A DNA stretch of 64,000 nt from Candidatus Latescibacterota bacterium (GTDB lineage: Bacteria; Latescibacterota; UBA2968; UBA8231): assembly GCA_964291625.2 (NCBI GenBank), contig OZ220089.1, positions 896,001-960,000 of the forward strand, given 5' to 3'. Positions 1 to 10,800 of this stretch are shown piece by piece. The position numbers and the translations under genes are program-made. The notes beneath the pieces were generated by a model, which had not been told where the DNA came from, did not search any database, and was given only the letters and a program-made list of their open reading frames with translations. How positions within the stretch are numbered: the stretch's first letter is position 1; each line of letters starts with the position of its first letter.

Positions 1-265
1 CGGGTCCGCGACCGCTTCGACTACTCCGACACCCGGCCTCCCCCATGGAATCCCCACCGACACGAATGGCCCCAGAGGCCGATGAGAAAGAGGCGGCGAT
101 CCATCAAGGTAACCGCCATGAGGACAACCTCTGTCCGTTTGTCCAGGTCTCTTTCTCTTCTTCATTCAGGTCGCTCACGCCCCCCGGATGTCCATGTGCC
201 CTAGTGGATCATCGGGCGGCTGACATAGCCGCGGCTTCCGGCGGCACCAGACGGAGCCGGCTATA

Positions 266-2983
266 TTGCCGGCCGCCGTGACTCCCGCCCGCGATCCCTT
301 CGAACTCGTCCTGACCCCCGCCGGCCGCCTCCTCGTGCGCGAGGCGGACGCCGCCGCCGGGGCCGACCCGTGGACGGCGCGCGTGGCCAAGGCCTTCCGC
401 GCCGACCCGTCCGCCGGGCTCCTGGCCCTGGCCGCCAGCCGGCCGGAGGGCCCCCTGCCCCCGCCCTTCGCCTTCTGGCGCGATTTCGCCGCCCTCTACC
501 TCGCCCGGCTGTGCCGCACCCCGGAGGGCGAAGCCGCGGCGGCGGCGCTCGAACCGCCAGCGGCCCGGGAGCTGACCTCCCTGGCCGCCGGGGCCCCCCC
601 GATGCCGGGAGCGGAATACCTCGACGCCGGCGTCCTCACGGCGCTGTGGCGCGATCTCGACGCCTGGGTGCGCGGCCAGTTGGCGGGCCAGAGTCTCGGG
701 GCCTGGTTGCGCAGACACGCCCCCGGCTGGCACCAGGTCGGGCGGGTCTGCTTCCACCTGGCCGAGAACAAGCGCGACGAGGACTACCCCTTCGCCTTCC
801 TGGCGACCTACGCGCCGCGGCTGTCGAAGGCCGGCCGCGTTCAGTACCAACCGCTCAGCCGCGCGCTGCAGGAGTATGCCGGCGCCCGCGACAAGCCGGC
901 CCTGGTGCGGCTGCTGTCGCCGGTGCACACCGCTTCCGAGCGCCTCGAATGGGTCCGCCGCCTGGTCGATTCCGCGGAGCTCTTCCAACCCCTCGCCTGG
1001 ACCCCGTCCGAGGCCCACCAACTGCTGCGGGACGTGCCGGTCCTCGAGGCGGCGGGCCTGGTCGTGCGCCTGCCCGACTGGTGGCACGCGCGGTCCCGGC
1101 CGCGGGTCACCGTGTCGGTGGGCGACAAGCGCCCCGGCGCCTTCGGCGCCGAGGCCATGCTCGACTTCGACGTGAGCCTGGCCCTGGGCGGCGAGCGGCT
1201 GACGAAGGCCGAGTGGCGGCGGCTGGCGGCGGCCGGCGACGGCCTGGTGAGGCTCAAGGGCCGGTGGGTGGAGGTCGACGGCGAGCGGCTGTCCGAGGCC
1301 CTGGCACAGTGGGAACGGGTCAAGGCGTCGGCCTCCCGCGGCGGCCTGAGCTTCACCGAGGGCATGCGCCTGCTGGCGGGGGCCCCGCGGGACCTCGACC
1401 CGGAGCAGACCGGGGACTCCGATCCCGAGCGCCAGTGGTCGGAGGTCGTGGCCGGCCGCTGGCTCTCCGGCGTCCTGGCCGACCTGCGCGAGCCCTCCCG
1501 CCAGGCCGCCGGCCGGCGCGCCCGCGGTCTGCGCGGCGTCCTGCGCCCCTACCAGGAGACGGGCCACGACTGGCTGCGCCTGGTGACCGGCCTCGGACTG
1601 GGGGCCTGCCTCGCCGACGACATGGGACTGGGCAAGACGATCCAGGTGCTGGCCCTGCTGCTCACCCTGCGGGCCGAGGGCCGCGGCGACCGGCCGGCGA
1701 TCCTGGTGCTGCCCGCCTCGCTGCTGGGCAACTGGAAGGCGGAGCTGGCGCGCTTCGCGCCGACCCTGAGAGCGCTCGCCGTGCACCCCTCGGAGCAGTC
1801 CCGCCAGGAACTGGCCGCCCTCGGCCGGGCCCCGCGCAAGGCCCTGAAGGGCGTCCACGTGGTGCTCACCACCTACGGCATGCTCGCGCGCCAGAAGTGG
1901 CTGGTCGAGACCGACTGGGGCCTGGTCGTCATCGACGAGGCCCAGGCGATCAAGAACCCCCGGGCCCGGCAGACGCGGGCCGTCAAGCAGCTGCGCGGCC
2001 GGGCGCGCATCGCCCTCACCGGCACCCCCGTGGAGAACCGCCTCCTCGACCTGTGGTCGATCTTCGACTTCCTGTGCCCGGGGCTGCTCGGCTCCCAGGC
2101 CCGCTTCCGGGGCTTCGTCAAGGCCCTGGAGGCCCGCGAGCAGGAGCGCTGGGCGCCCCTGCGCAACCTCGTGGGCCCTTACATCCTGCGCCGCCTCAAG
2201 ACCGACCGGTCGATCATCGCCGACCTGCCCGAGAAGACGGAGATGAAGAGCTTCTGCGGCCTGGCCAAACCGCAGGCCGTCCTCTACGCCCGCGCCGTGG
2301 CCGAGTTGAAGGAGGCCCTCGACGGCGGACTGGGGGGCATCGAGCGGCGCGGACTCGTCCTCTCCTTCCTCATGCGCTTCAAGCAGATCTGCAACCACCC
2401 CAGCCATTGGCTCGGCGACAACGCCTTCGACCCGGGCCACAGCGGCAAGTTCGAGCGCCTCCGCGAGCTGGCCGAGGAGATCGCCGCGCGCCAGGAGAAG
2501 GTCCTGGTCTTCACCCAGTTCCGGGAGATGACGGAGCCCCTCTCCGCCTTCCTCGGCGAGATCTTCGGCGCCGGGGGCCTCGTGCTCCACGGCGGCACCA
2601 CGGTCAGGCGCCGCCGGTCCCTCATCGAGTCCTTCCAGCGCGACGACGGGCCGCCGTTCTTCGTGCTCTCCCTGAAGGCCGGGGGCGTCGGCCTCAACCT
2701 GACGGCGGCCTCCCACGTGGTCCACTTCGACCGCTGGTGGAACCCCGCCGTGGAGGACCAGGCCACCGACCGCGCCTTCCGCATCGGCCAGCAGCGCAAC
2801 GTGCTGGTGCACAAGTTCGTCTGCCGGGGCACCGTGGAGGAGCGGATCGACGCCCTCGTGGACGACAAGCGCGCCCTCGCCGGGGACCTGCTGGAGAGCG
2901 GCGGCGAGGCCGCCCTCACCGAGATGGGGGACGAGGAGCTGCTGGCCACGGTGGCGCTGGACATCGACAGGGCGGGCGCCTGA
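266..2983 (+). CDS. SNF2/SWI2-family (DEAD/H superfamily 2) ATPase/helicase
   Basis: Motifs LADDMGLGKT (Walker A), IDEAQAIKN (Walker B), LTGTPVEN, KVLVFTQF, SLKAGGVGLNLT, DRWWNPAVEDQATDRAFRIGQ. The start may be GTG at 278. Confidence 0.95.
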   Translation: MPAAVTPARDPFELVLTPAGRLLVREADAAAGADPWTARVAKAFRADPSAGLLALAASRPEGPLPPPFAFWRDFAALYLARLCRTPEGEAAAAALEPPAARELTSLAAGAPPMPGAEYLDAGVLTALWRDLDAWVRGQLAGQSLGAWLRRHAPGWHQVGRVCFHLAENKRDEDYPFAFLATYAPRLSKAGRVQYQPLSRALQEYAGARDKPALVRLLSPVHTASERLEWVRRLVDSAELFQPLAWTPSEAHQLLRDVPVLEAAGLVVRLPDWWHARSRPRVTVSVGDKRPGAFGAEAMLDFDVSLALGGERLTKAEWRRLAAAGDGLVRLKGRWVEVDGERLSEALAQWERVKASASRGGLSFTEGMRLLAGAPRDLDPEQTGDSDPERQWSEVVAGRWLSGVLADLREPSRQAAGRRARGLRGVLRPYQETGHDWLRLVTGLGLGACLADDMGLGKTIQVLALLLTLRAEGRGDRPAILVLPASLLGNWKAELARFAPTLRALAVHPSEQSRQELAALGRAPRKALKGVHVVLTTYGMLARQKWLVETDWGLVVIDEAQAIKNPRARQTRAVKQLRGRARIALTGTPVENRLLDLWSIFDFLCPGLLGSQARFRGFVKALEAREQERWAPLRNLVGPYILRRLKTDRSIIADLPEKTEMKSFCGLAKPQAVLYARAVAELKEALDGGLGGIERRGLVLSFLMRFKQICNHPSHWLGDNAFDPGHSGKFERLRELAEEIAARQEKVLVFTQFREMTEPLSAFLGEIFGAGGLVLHGGTTVRRRRSLIESFQRDDGPPFFVLSLKAGGVGLNLTAASHVVHFDRWWNPAVEDQATDRAFRIGQQRNVLVHKFVCRGTVEERIDALVDDKRALAGDLLESGGEAALTEMGDEELLATVALDIDRAGA

Positions 2984-3002
2984 GGCCCGCGGGAGCGGCG
3001 GA

Positions 3003-4049
3003 ATGGCCAGGTACAAGAGGGGACGGGGCCGCTGGGCCGCCTACGTGTCCGTGGCGGCGCGGCAGGCCGCGGCCTCGCGGTTCCTGAAGGCCCTGACGGG
3101 GGAGGGAATCCAGGCGCAGCCCGTGGTCGTCGAGGGCCGGGAGATGGCCCAGACCTTCTGGGGCCGGGCCTGGTGCGACCACCTGGAGGGCTTCAGCGAC
3201 TTCGAGAACCGCCTCCCCCGGGGGCGCACCTACGTACGCAACGGGGCCGTGTGCCACCTGGAGATCGCCGAGGCCGAGGTCCGGGCCTTCGTCATGGGCC
3301 GCGCGCTCTACGAGGTGGACATCGAGATCGACCCGCTGCGCACCTCCCTGTGGCGCGCCCTGAAGCGCCGCTGCGCGGGGCGGATCGGGTCCCTCCTCGA
3401 GCTGCTCCAGGGCCGCCTGTCCGACCGCGTCATGGCCGAGGTCAGCGACCCGGAGCGCGGTCTCTTCCCCCGGCCGAAGCAGATCCGCCTGTCCTGCACC
3501 TGCCCCGACTGGGCGGTCATGTGCAAGCACGTGGCCGCCGTCCTCTACGGGGTCGGGGCGCGGCTCGACGAGCAGCCGGAGCTGCTCTTCGTGCTGCGCG
3601 GCGTCGACCACCAGGAGCTGATCGACGTCGACGCCGGCATGGCCGTCCCCGAGGCGGCGCCGCCGGAGGGCGGACGGCGCCTCGCGGAGGAGGAGCTGGG
3701 CGACATCTTCGGCATCGAGCTGAGCCCGGCACCGGTCGGGCCCGACCCGGCCTCCGACACGACTCGCGGATCCCCGGCCGGACCGCTCTCCGGGCGCGAC
3801 GTCGCGGACCTGCGCCGGCGCTTCGGCATGACCCAGGCTCAGCTCGCCCTGCTACTCGATGTCACCGGCGCCACCATCTCGAACTGGGAGCGGAGGGCGG
3901 GGCCCCTGCGGGTGCTGGCGCGGGTGCGGGCGGTCTGGGCCGACCTGGCGGCGCTGAGCCCGGATGAGGCGCGGCTCTGTCTCGATGTGCTCGCCGCCTC
4001 CCCCGGCGGCGGCCGGTCCCGGAAGGGGGCTCGCCGCCGGCATGGATGA
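3003..4049 (+). CDS. SWIM zinc-finger protein with C-terminal XRE-like HTH
   Basis: NRLPRGRTY motif and CTCPDWAVMCKH (CxC...CxH SWIM). C-terminal LRRRFGMTQAQLALLLDVTGATISNWE is an XRE/Cro-type HTH. Starts 19 bp after the SNF2 gene. Confidence 0.88.
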   Translation: MARYKRGRGRWAAYVSVAARQAAASRFLKALTGEGIQAQPVVVEGREMAQTFWGRAWCDHLEGFSDFENRLPRGRTYVRNGAVCHLEIAEAEVRAFVMGRALYEVDIEIDPLRTSLWRALKRRCAGRIGSLLELLQGRLSDRVMAEVSDPERGLFPRPKQIRLSCTCPDWAVMCKHVAAVLYGVGARLDEQPELLFVLRGVDHQELIDVDAGMAVPEAAPPEGGRRLAEEELGDIFGIELSPAPVGPDPASDTTRGSPAGPLSGRDVADLRRRFGMTQAQLALLLDVTGATISNWERRAGPLRVLARVRAVWADLAALSPDEARLCLDVLAASPGGGRSRKGARRRHG

Positions 4050-4097
4050 CACCGATCGGACGGAGAGGGCGGCCCCTGTGGGGGCAGATTGATTACT

Positions 4098-4649
4098 TCA
4101 GAAACGCATCCGGACAGTGGTGAACCACTGTCCATGGGCATTGGGTCTCATATCGACGGAGAGGTTGCTGTCCCGCAGCAACAGACGAGACATCTCGGAT
4201 GCGATGGTTGCCGCCAAGGCTGGTAGTCCCACCCAGAACAGGGTAGCGCTCTCCGTGCCCGCTATTACTGCAAGTCCAACGACAGAGCCTGCTACGCCGC
4301 CTGCAAGTGAAAGCGGGAAATTCGTGTCACGATCATATATGCTCACGCCCAAAGACGTTCCTGCCACATAGCCTGCAAGAAACCCCCTCGCAGTATTCGC
4401 GCCAATGAAGTTTGTGTTACCTTCCCTTTCATCCTGCTCAGCACCGACGAGGAGTCCGAATACGCCCAATGCTCCACCCAGGGCGTATCCTGTAGCATAT
4501 TTCTTGACTATCCTGAAAGAAGCCCCCTTTGCTCTATCGTCTACCTCGGGATTGGTGCCCCCTTGGTTGAGATGGCCCCCTGGAAGAGGGTTGGCCGTGG
4601 CAGGCAAGGCCAGGGCCGCGATGGTAGCAGCTGCGATGATCTGTTGCAT
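4098..4649 (-). CDS. Hypothetical exported/membrane protein (Gly-rich hydrophobic segments, C-terminal Phe)
   Basis: 183-aa ORF with signal-peptide-like N-terminus and an AAGGAAG RBS-like site upstream; visibly lower GC than its flanks. Confidence 0.6.
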   Translation of the reverse strand: MQQIIAAATIAALALPATANPLPGGHLNQGGTNPEVDDRAKGASFRIVKKYATGYALGGALGVFGLLVGAEQDEREGNTNFIGANTARGFLAGYVAGTSLGVSIYDRDTNFPLSLAGGVAGSVVGLAVIAGTESATLFWVGLPALAATIASEMSRLLLRDSNLSVDMRPNAHGQWFTTVRMRF

Positions 4650-4725
4650 CTCACTTCCTTTCTGACTGTCCGCGAGGCCAGGGTAACTCCATGGCTCCGA
4701 ACTGGCAGGGAGCCATCGTCAAAGT

Positions 4726-4862
4726 TACCCGCCAGGAGGACAGTTCATGTCTCTTTGTCCCGGCGGCTCCTTTTTCTGAGGGGCATCTGCAGACCGATAC
4801 AGCCGCCGCACCTCGCGCATGACCCCGATGGGCAAGCGCCGCATTCGAGCTGCCGAACGCCT
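4726..4862 (+). repeat. Degenerate copy A of the ligD upstream region and first ~15 codons
   Basis: tacccgccaggaggacagttc(a/c)tgtc and ccgcacctcgcgcatgacc...ggcaagcgccgcat match 17594-17735. Confidence 0.85.
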
Positions 4863-4899
4863 CCCTGCCCGGCGACGGAAGCGCTCCCGGACCCCTGCC

Positions 4900-7800
4900 T
4901 CAGCGCGCCCACAAAGCCGAGTCCGGCAGGCCGCGGCTGGTCAGGACCTCCAGCCCCGCTTCCGGCAGCGCCCGGGGGGCCGCCACCGGTTTCCCGGCCG
5001 CTCCGGCCCAGTCCCGCAGGATGCCCCGGACCTTCCCCCGGCGGTCCAGCAGGAGCGCGGCCGAGGGGTCTTCCACGCCGTCCAGGATCGAGACGCCCTC
5101 GGGGCCGGAGAGCCCGACGCGCGCCAGCTTGCCCGCCCAATCGGCCTCGACGGGCAGAATGAAGGCGAAGGCGCCGCTCCGGCCGCCGCACCCGAGCTCG
5201 GGCATTCCGAAGGCCAGGCTGAACAGGTTGTCGCCGTCTTCATCCTCCCCCGTGAGCCGGTAGGGGCCGTCCAGCCGCGGCGGGACCGGCTGGGCGCCGA
5301 CCACGAAGGCGGGCTCGAGGAAGAGCTCTCCGCTCTCGCTCCGGCCGCCCCACAGCAGCAGGCCGCGCGGCGGGGACGAGGACTTCGCCGCCGCCAGGCG
5401 CGGAGCCTCGGATACGGAGCGGTAGCCCAGGGCCTTGGCGAAGGAGTAGTCGCTGATCCATTGGCGGTCGCAGTACGTCATCAGGTCGGACGTTCCCGCG
5501 CTCACCAGCGTCTCGTTGAGGAAGTCGTATCCCCACACGCCGATGGACCCGTCCTCGTAGGGATAGTCGGGGTCGGGATTGCCTGCGCCGCACCCCGGGG
5601 AGTGGGGGAGACTCAGGTTGTGCCCGAGCTCGTGCGCTATGACGTTGGCGTCGAGGATGGACAGACTTGTGTATCCAGGCGTCGTGGCGATTCCTCGCAG
5701 ACCGCTTTGGCCCTCGCTCCGGAAGATGCCCATATGGTATCCGCTCGCGCCTTCCATGGCGTGGATCAGCTCGGTCTCAGGGAACAACTGGCCGTCAGCG
5801 TCCGACGTGGGATCCACCGAAGTCCATACGGGCTCGTGCACCGTGAGACTGAAGTCGCGCACCGGAAGGAGATCGCGGGTCAGACGGAACAGATCGGACT
5901 CCGGCGACAGTCCCTCCGTTTCCGTCAATACGGTCCTGTCCGGGTTCTCCTCCCACAGAAACGGTACCAGCGTCAGGTCGAAAGGCGGCACTGACCTCAC
6001 GTTCAGGAGCGTTCGTCCCGTCGGGGGCAGGCGGGTGGCAACGCCCAGGGCCGGGTCCAGGGTCCCGGTCGGATCGATCTCCACCACCATCTCCAGCCCC
6101 GGCCTCACCACCGAGCCGGGCACCACCGCGTTGGCCGAGTGCGAGAGGCTGCCCTCGCTGACCTGCCAGGGGATGCTCGTCGCCTGGGCCCCGATCTCCG
6201 CCGTGTGCGCCTCGGCGCCGTCGAGGTAGAAAGTGGCCCGCACGGGGGGCATGGCGGCCTCCACGTGCCGTCCGGCGGTGACGAACACCCGCAGGAGAGC
6301 CGCCTCGCCGGCCACCAGGGGCACGGGATATTCGAGCGACTGCGCCGCCTGCGTCAGGTAGGCCGTCGACCCGTCCGTACGGGCGCAGTTGGGGACACGG
6401 CTGCTCGGAATCCCGAAGAGCCAGGCCTGGAAATCCGCGTCCCCGGGAGGGCACAACAGCGTTTCATTCAGCGACAGGCTCTCGAGGGTGAGACGGGTGA
6501 GGGCCTCGGGCAAGGTGCCGGACAGGGCGCCGTTGAAGGCCAGGTTCAGCGATCGCAGATTGCCGAGATCGCCCAGTTCCGGCGGGATGCTGCCCACGAG
6601 CTGGTTGGATGAGAGGTCCAGGTTGGAGAGCTGGCCAAGCTGGCCCAGTTGAGGGGGGATGCCGCCCGTCAACTGATTTCTCTCGAGTCGCAGGTTGTCG
6701 AGATTGGTCAACTGTCCAAGTTCGGGGGGGATCTCACCCGTCAACTGGTTCGCATCGAGCCTCAATTCCGTGAGATTCGTGAGTTGGCCCAGCCCGGATG
6801 GAATCCCGCCATCCAACCGGTTCCTCCCAAGCCTCAGTTCCGTGAGACTGGTCAGCTGCCCCAGGTCGGAGGGGATCCCTCCCGTGAGCTCGTTATCGAC
6901 GAGATTCAGAGTACGGAGCCTGGTCAACCGTCCCAGTTCCCTCGGTACTCCAGTCAACTGGTTACGCTCAAGGTCCAGATCTCTGAGATTGATGAGCTGT
7001 CCCAGTTCGGAGGGGATTTCCCCGGTCAGTTCGTTCCATCCGAGGCTCAATTCCGTGAGATTGGTCAGTTCTCCCAGTTCGGGAGGTATCTCACCCGTCA
7101 ACTGGCTGTTGAAAAGGACGAGGCCGTCCAGGCTGGTGAGTTGCCCCAGTTCGGGGGGTATCGTTCCCGTCAACGGGTTCCATTCGAGGCTCAGCCTTGT
7201 GAGCTTGGTGAGTTCCGCCAGTTCCGAGGGAATCCCCCCGGTCAACTCGTTCGATCCGAGGCTCAGGTTTGTGAGATCGGAGAGTTGTGCCAGTTCCGTC
7301 GGTATCGCACCGGTCAACTGGTTCCCGTAGAGGGTCAATTGTGTGAGGTGGGTGAGTTCTGCCAGTTCGATCGGTATCTCGCCGGTCAACTGATTGACGT
7401 TGAGATTCAGAACGGAGAGGTTGGCCAATTGCGCCAGTTCGGAGGGTATCTCGCCGGTCAATTCGTTCCAGCTGAGATTCAAGTCCCGGAGATTGTTCAG
7501 TTGTCTGAGCGAAGGTGGCACCGATCCCCGCAGATTATTCTCCCTGAGGCTCAACTCGGTCACGCGCCCGCCGGCATCCGTGGTCACGCCGTGCCATTCG
7601 TCCAGGGGCGCGTCACTGGCCCAGTTTGTCTTGTTCGTCCAGTTCGGTCCATCCGTCCCGTTGAACAGCTCGACCAGCGCATAATAGTCCACGCGCGTGT
7701 CGGTGCAGAGGGCCGCGCCGGTGCGACGGGATATCCCATTGAGCCATGCCCGGAACTCGGCCTGCGGAGGCGCGCACATTCTCGTCCCGTCCAGCGTCAG

Positions 7801-10800
7801 GGATTCGAGGGGGAGTTGGGTGAGCGTTTGAGGCAGGGGTCCGGAAAGGGCGGCGTTCAAGGAGAGGTTCAGCGTCCTGAGGTTGGCGAGAGCACCCAGC
7901 GCGGGAGGCAAAGTCCCGTTGAGATTGTTGTTCTCGAGGTTCAACCCCGTCACGCGCCCGGAGGCATCGGTGGTCACGCCGTACCATTCGCCTACGGGCG
8001 CGGCGCTGGCCCAGTTTGTCTTGTTCGTCCAGCTTCGCCCGGCCGTCCCATCGTAGAGCGCCGACAGGGCGTCCCATTGCGGATCGCGGCAATGCGTATA
8101 GGGAGAAACGCGCTGTATCCCACCGAGCCATTCCTGGATGGCCCGAGGCACGCACACTTGAGTGCCCACGAGCCCGAATTTTTCGAGAGGCAAAGAGGTG
8201 AACTCTACAGGCAATGGCCCAAACAGCCCCGCATTGCCTTCAAAGCCCAAATGCGTAAGCTTGGTCAACTGTCCCAGTTCCGGAGGGATCTCACCTGTCA
8301 ACCGGTTCTCGGCAAGAACCAACCAAGTTAGACTCGTGAGTTGTCCCAGTTCCGGTGGGATCCTTCCCGTCAACTGGTTTGTGTGAAGTGTTAACTTTGT
8401 GAGGTTGGTGAGTTTTCTCAGTTCCGGTGGTATCTCACCCGTCAACCGGTTTTCATGAAGGTTGAGTAATCGGAGGTTAGTCAGCTTGCCCAACCAGGGG
8501 GGGACCGGGCCACTCAGAAGATTCCCACCAAGGTTCAGGCTTATTAGTTTGGCCAGCTTGCCCAGCTCGGAGGGGATCTCTCCCGTCAGGTAATTGTACC
8601 CAAGGTGCAGGACATCGAGGTTTTCCAGGGTACCCAACCAGGAGGGGATCGGGCCACTCAGCTGATTCTGAAACAGCCAAAGGCTTGTCAGGTTGGCCAG
8701 TTTGCTCAACTCGGAGGGGATCGGGCCACTCAGCTGATTCGAACTGAGACTCAGAGTCGTGAGGTTTTCCAGGGTGCCCAACGAGGAGGGGATCGGGCCA
8801 CTCAGAGAGTTGATTTCCAGGTCCAGACATTCGAGGTTGGCCAATTGGCCCAACTCAGAGGGGATCTCGCCCACCAACTGATTGGACCCAAGGCGCAGCA
8901 GGCGTTCGAGGCTGGTCAGATCGCCCAGCTCAGTAGGAATCGGGCCACTCAGTTGATTCGAATAGAGACTCAGAGTCGTGAGGTTTTCCAGGGTGCCCAA
9001 CCAGGAAGGGATCGGGCCACTCAGAGAGTTGAATTCCAGGTCCAGACGTTCGAGGTTGGCCAATTGGCCCAACTCAGAGGGGATCTCGCCCACCAACTGA
9101 TTGTGTCCAAGGTCCAGGCGTTCGAGGCTGGTCAGATCGCCCAGCTCAGTAGGGATCGGGCCGCTCAGCTGATTCTCTGAGAACGACAGCCTTGTGACCC
9201 GGCCGTTGAAAGCCGTGACGCCGAACCATTCGCCCAGGGGCCGATCGCTCAGCCAGTTCGTGCTGTCCGTCCAGTTGGGTCCATCCGTCGCATGGTACAG
9301 CGCCACCAGGGCCGTGCGGTCCCCGGCGGGTCCCGTGGTCGGCCCCGCCTCTACCCTGACGCGGACTCCCGCCGAGCAGTTGTTGCCGCCGCTCTCGCCG
9401 CGCACTCCGACCACGCAGGCCCCGTAGTACCGGGTGCCTTCACTCGACGGCGCCGTCAGGCGGATCGACTCGGCGCCGGTGGCGGCCGCGGCCAGGGCGC
9501 CCACCGCATCCGTACCGATTCGCGCATCCCGGGTGGAGATCGTCCGGTTGGACGAGCGGTAGTAGCGCAGCCTGGTCGCCGCCGACGGACCCGTGCCCTG
9601 GTTGCGCACCGTGGCGCTCAGGAGGAAGGATTGTCCGGGGGTCAGGGTGCTGTCGCTGACCGAGACCGATACCACGAGGTCCGCGGGGCTGGCGGTCACC
9701 GCGAAGGTATAGGTGTTCAGGACCGTGCCGTCCGATTCCCGCCGCAGTTCCACCGTGGCCTCGCCGGTGGAGCAGCCGGACAGGTAGAGGCTCTGGCCGT
9801 CCTCGCGGGAGGCGTCGTCGTCAGCCTCGGCCGGGCAGTAGTTCCCCCGGCCGCTGCGGGTGGTGATCTCCAGCCTCGGGGTGGTCCCCGCCGGGTTGAC
9901 CACTACCGCGACGGGCTCCCCCGCCTCCACCGTGAACCGGTGCCAGGAGCCGTCGTCGAGGAAGGCCACCGTCGCGGGGTCCGGCGACAGCGAAGCGGCC
10001 GGACCCACCGGCTCCCCGATCCCTGACGGCAGCGCCGGGTCGGCCGGATCGTTGAGCCAGGCGGCGATGGCCCAGGCGTCGGACAGGTCCACTTGGCCGT
10101 CGGCGTTGACGTCGCCCAGGGAGATGTCGCCGTGGTTGGGCATGACGATGGAGGAATCCCGGCTGTAAAGGGCCACCAGCAGGGCGTCGAAGAAATTGAC
10201 ACTCCCCGTGTTGTCCACGTCGCCCAGGATCCTGCCTTCGGTGGCCGCCTTCGCCGAAGGCCCGGGGCCCGGCGCTTCGAGAAGGAGATCCAGCGGCGCC
10301 ATGCCCGCCGTCACCCGGAAGGCCGGATCGACGCAGGGGACCAGCCCCGGCGCCGAGACCGTCAACCCGTAGACCGGGGCCGTGGCTCCGGCCTCTTCGG
10401 CAGCCTCGCCCCCCGAGCCGGTCGACGCGCCCCGGCCCAACGGAATCCCCCCCTGCCCGTCGATCAGCAACATCGACCGGGTGGCCTGCACCCCGTCGCC
10501 GCTGAGCCGGTAGAGATAGACCCCGGCGCCCACCGCCTGCCCGGCCGCATCCGTGGCGTCCCAGCTCGCGGTGTGAAAGCCGGCCGGCTGTGCTCCGTCG
10601 ACCAGGGCCGTCACCCGCTGCCCCAGGATGTTGAACACCTCCAGCCGCACCTGCATCGGGACCGGCAACTGGTAGGGAATGATGGTGGACGGGTTGAACG
10701 GGTTGGGGTAGTTGACCCCCAACTCGAAGCGCTCCGGCAGGACTCCGGCCAGGGTGGCCAGGGGCAGGGTGAAACGCCCCGACCCGTCCGTGGTCGCCGC

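Noticed and set aside
1-265. Possible 3' end of an upstream gene or small ORFs
   Set aside because: Too short and without recognisable motifs.
209-3016. 935-aa minus-strand ORF and 905-aa alternative-frame ORF (370-3087)
   Set aside because: Shadow ORFs of the SNF2 gene caused by high-GC codon bias; no recognisable motifs.
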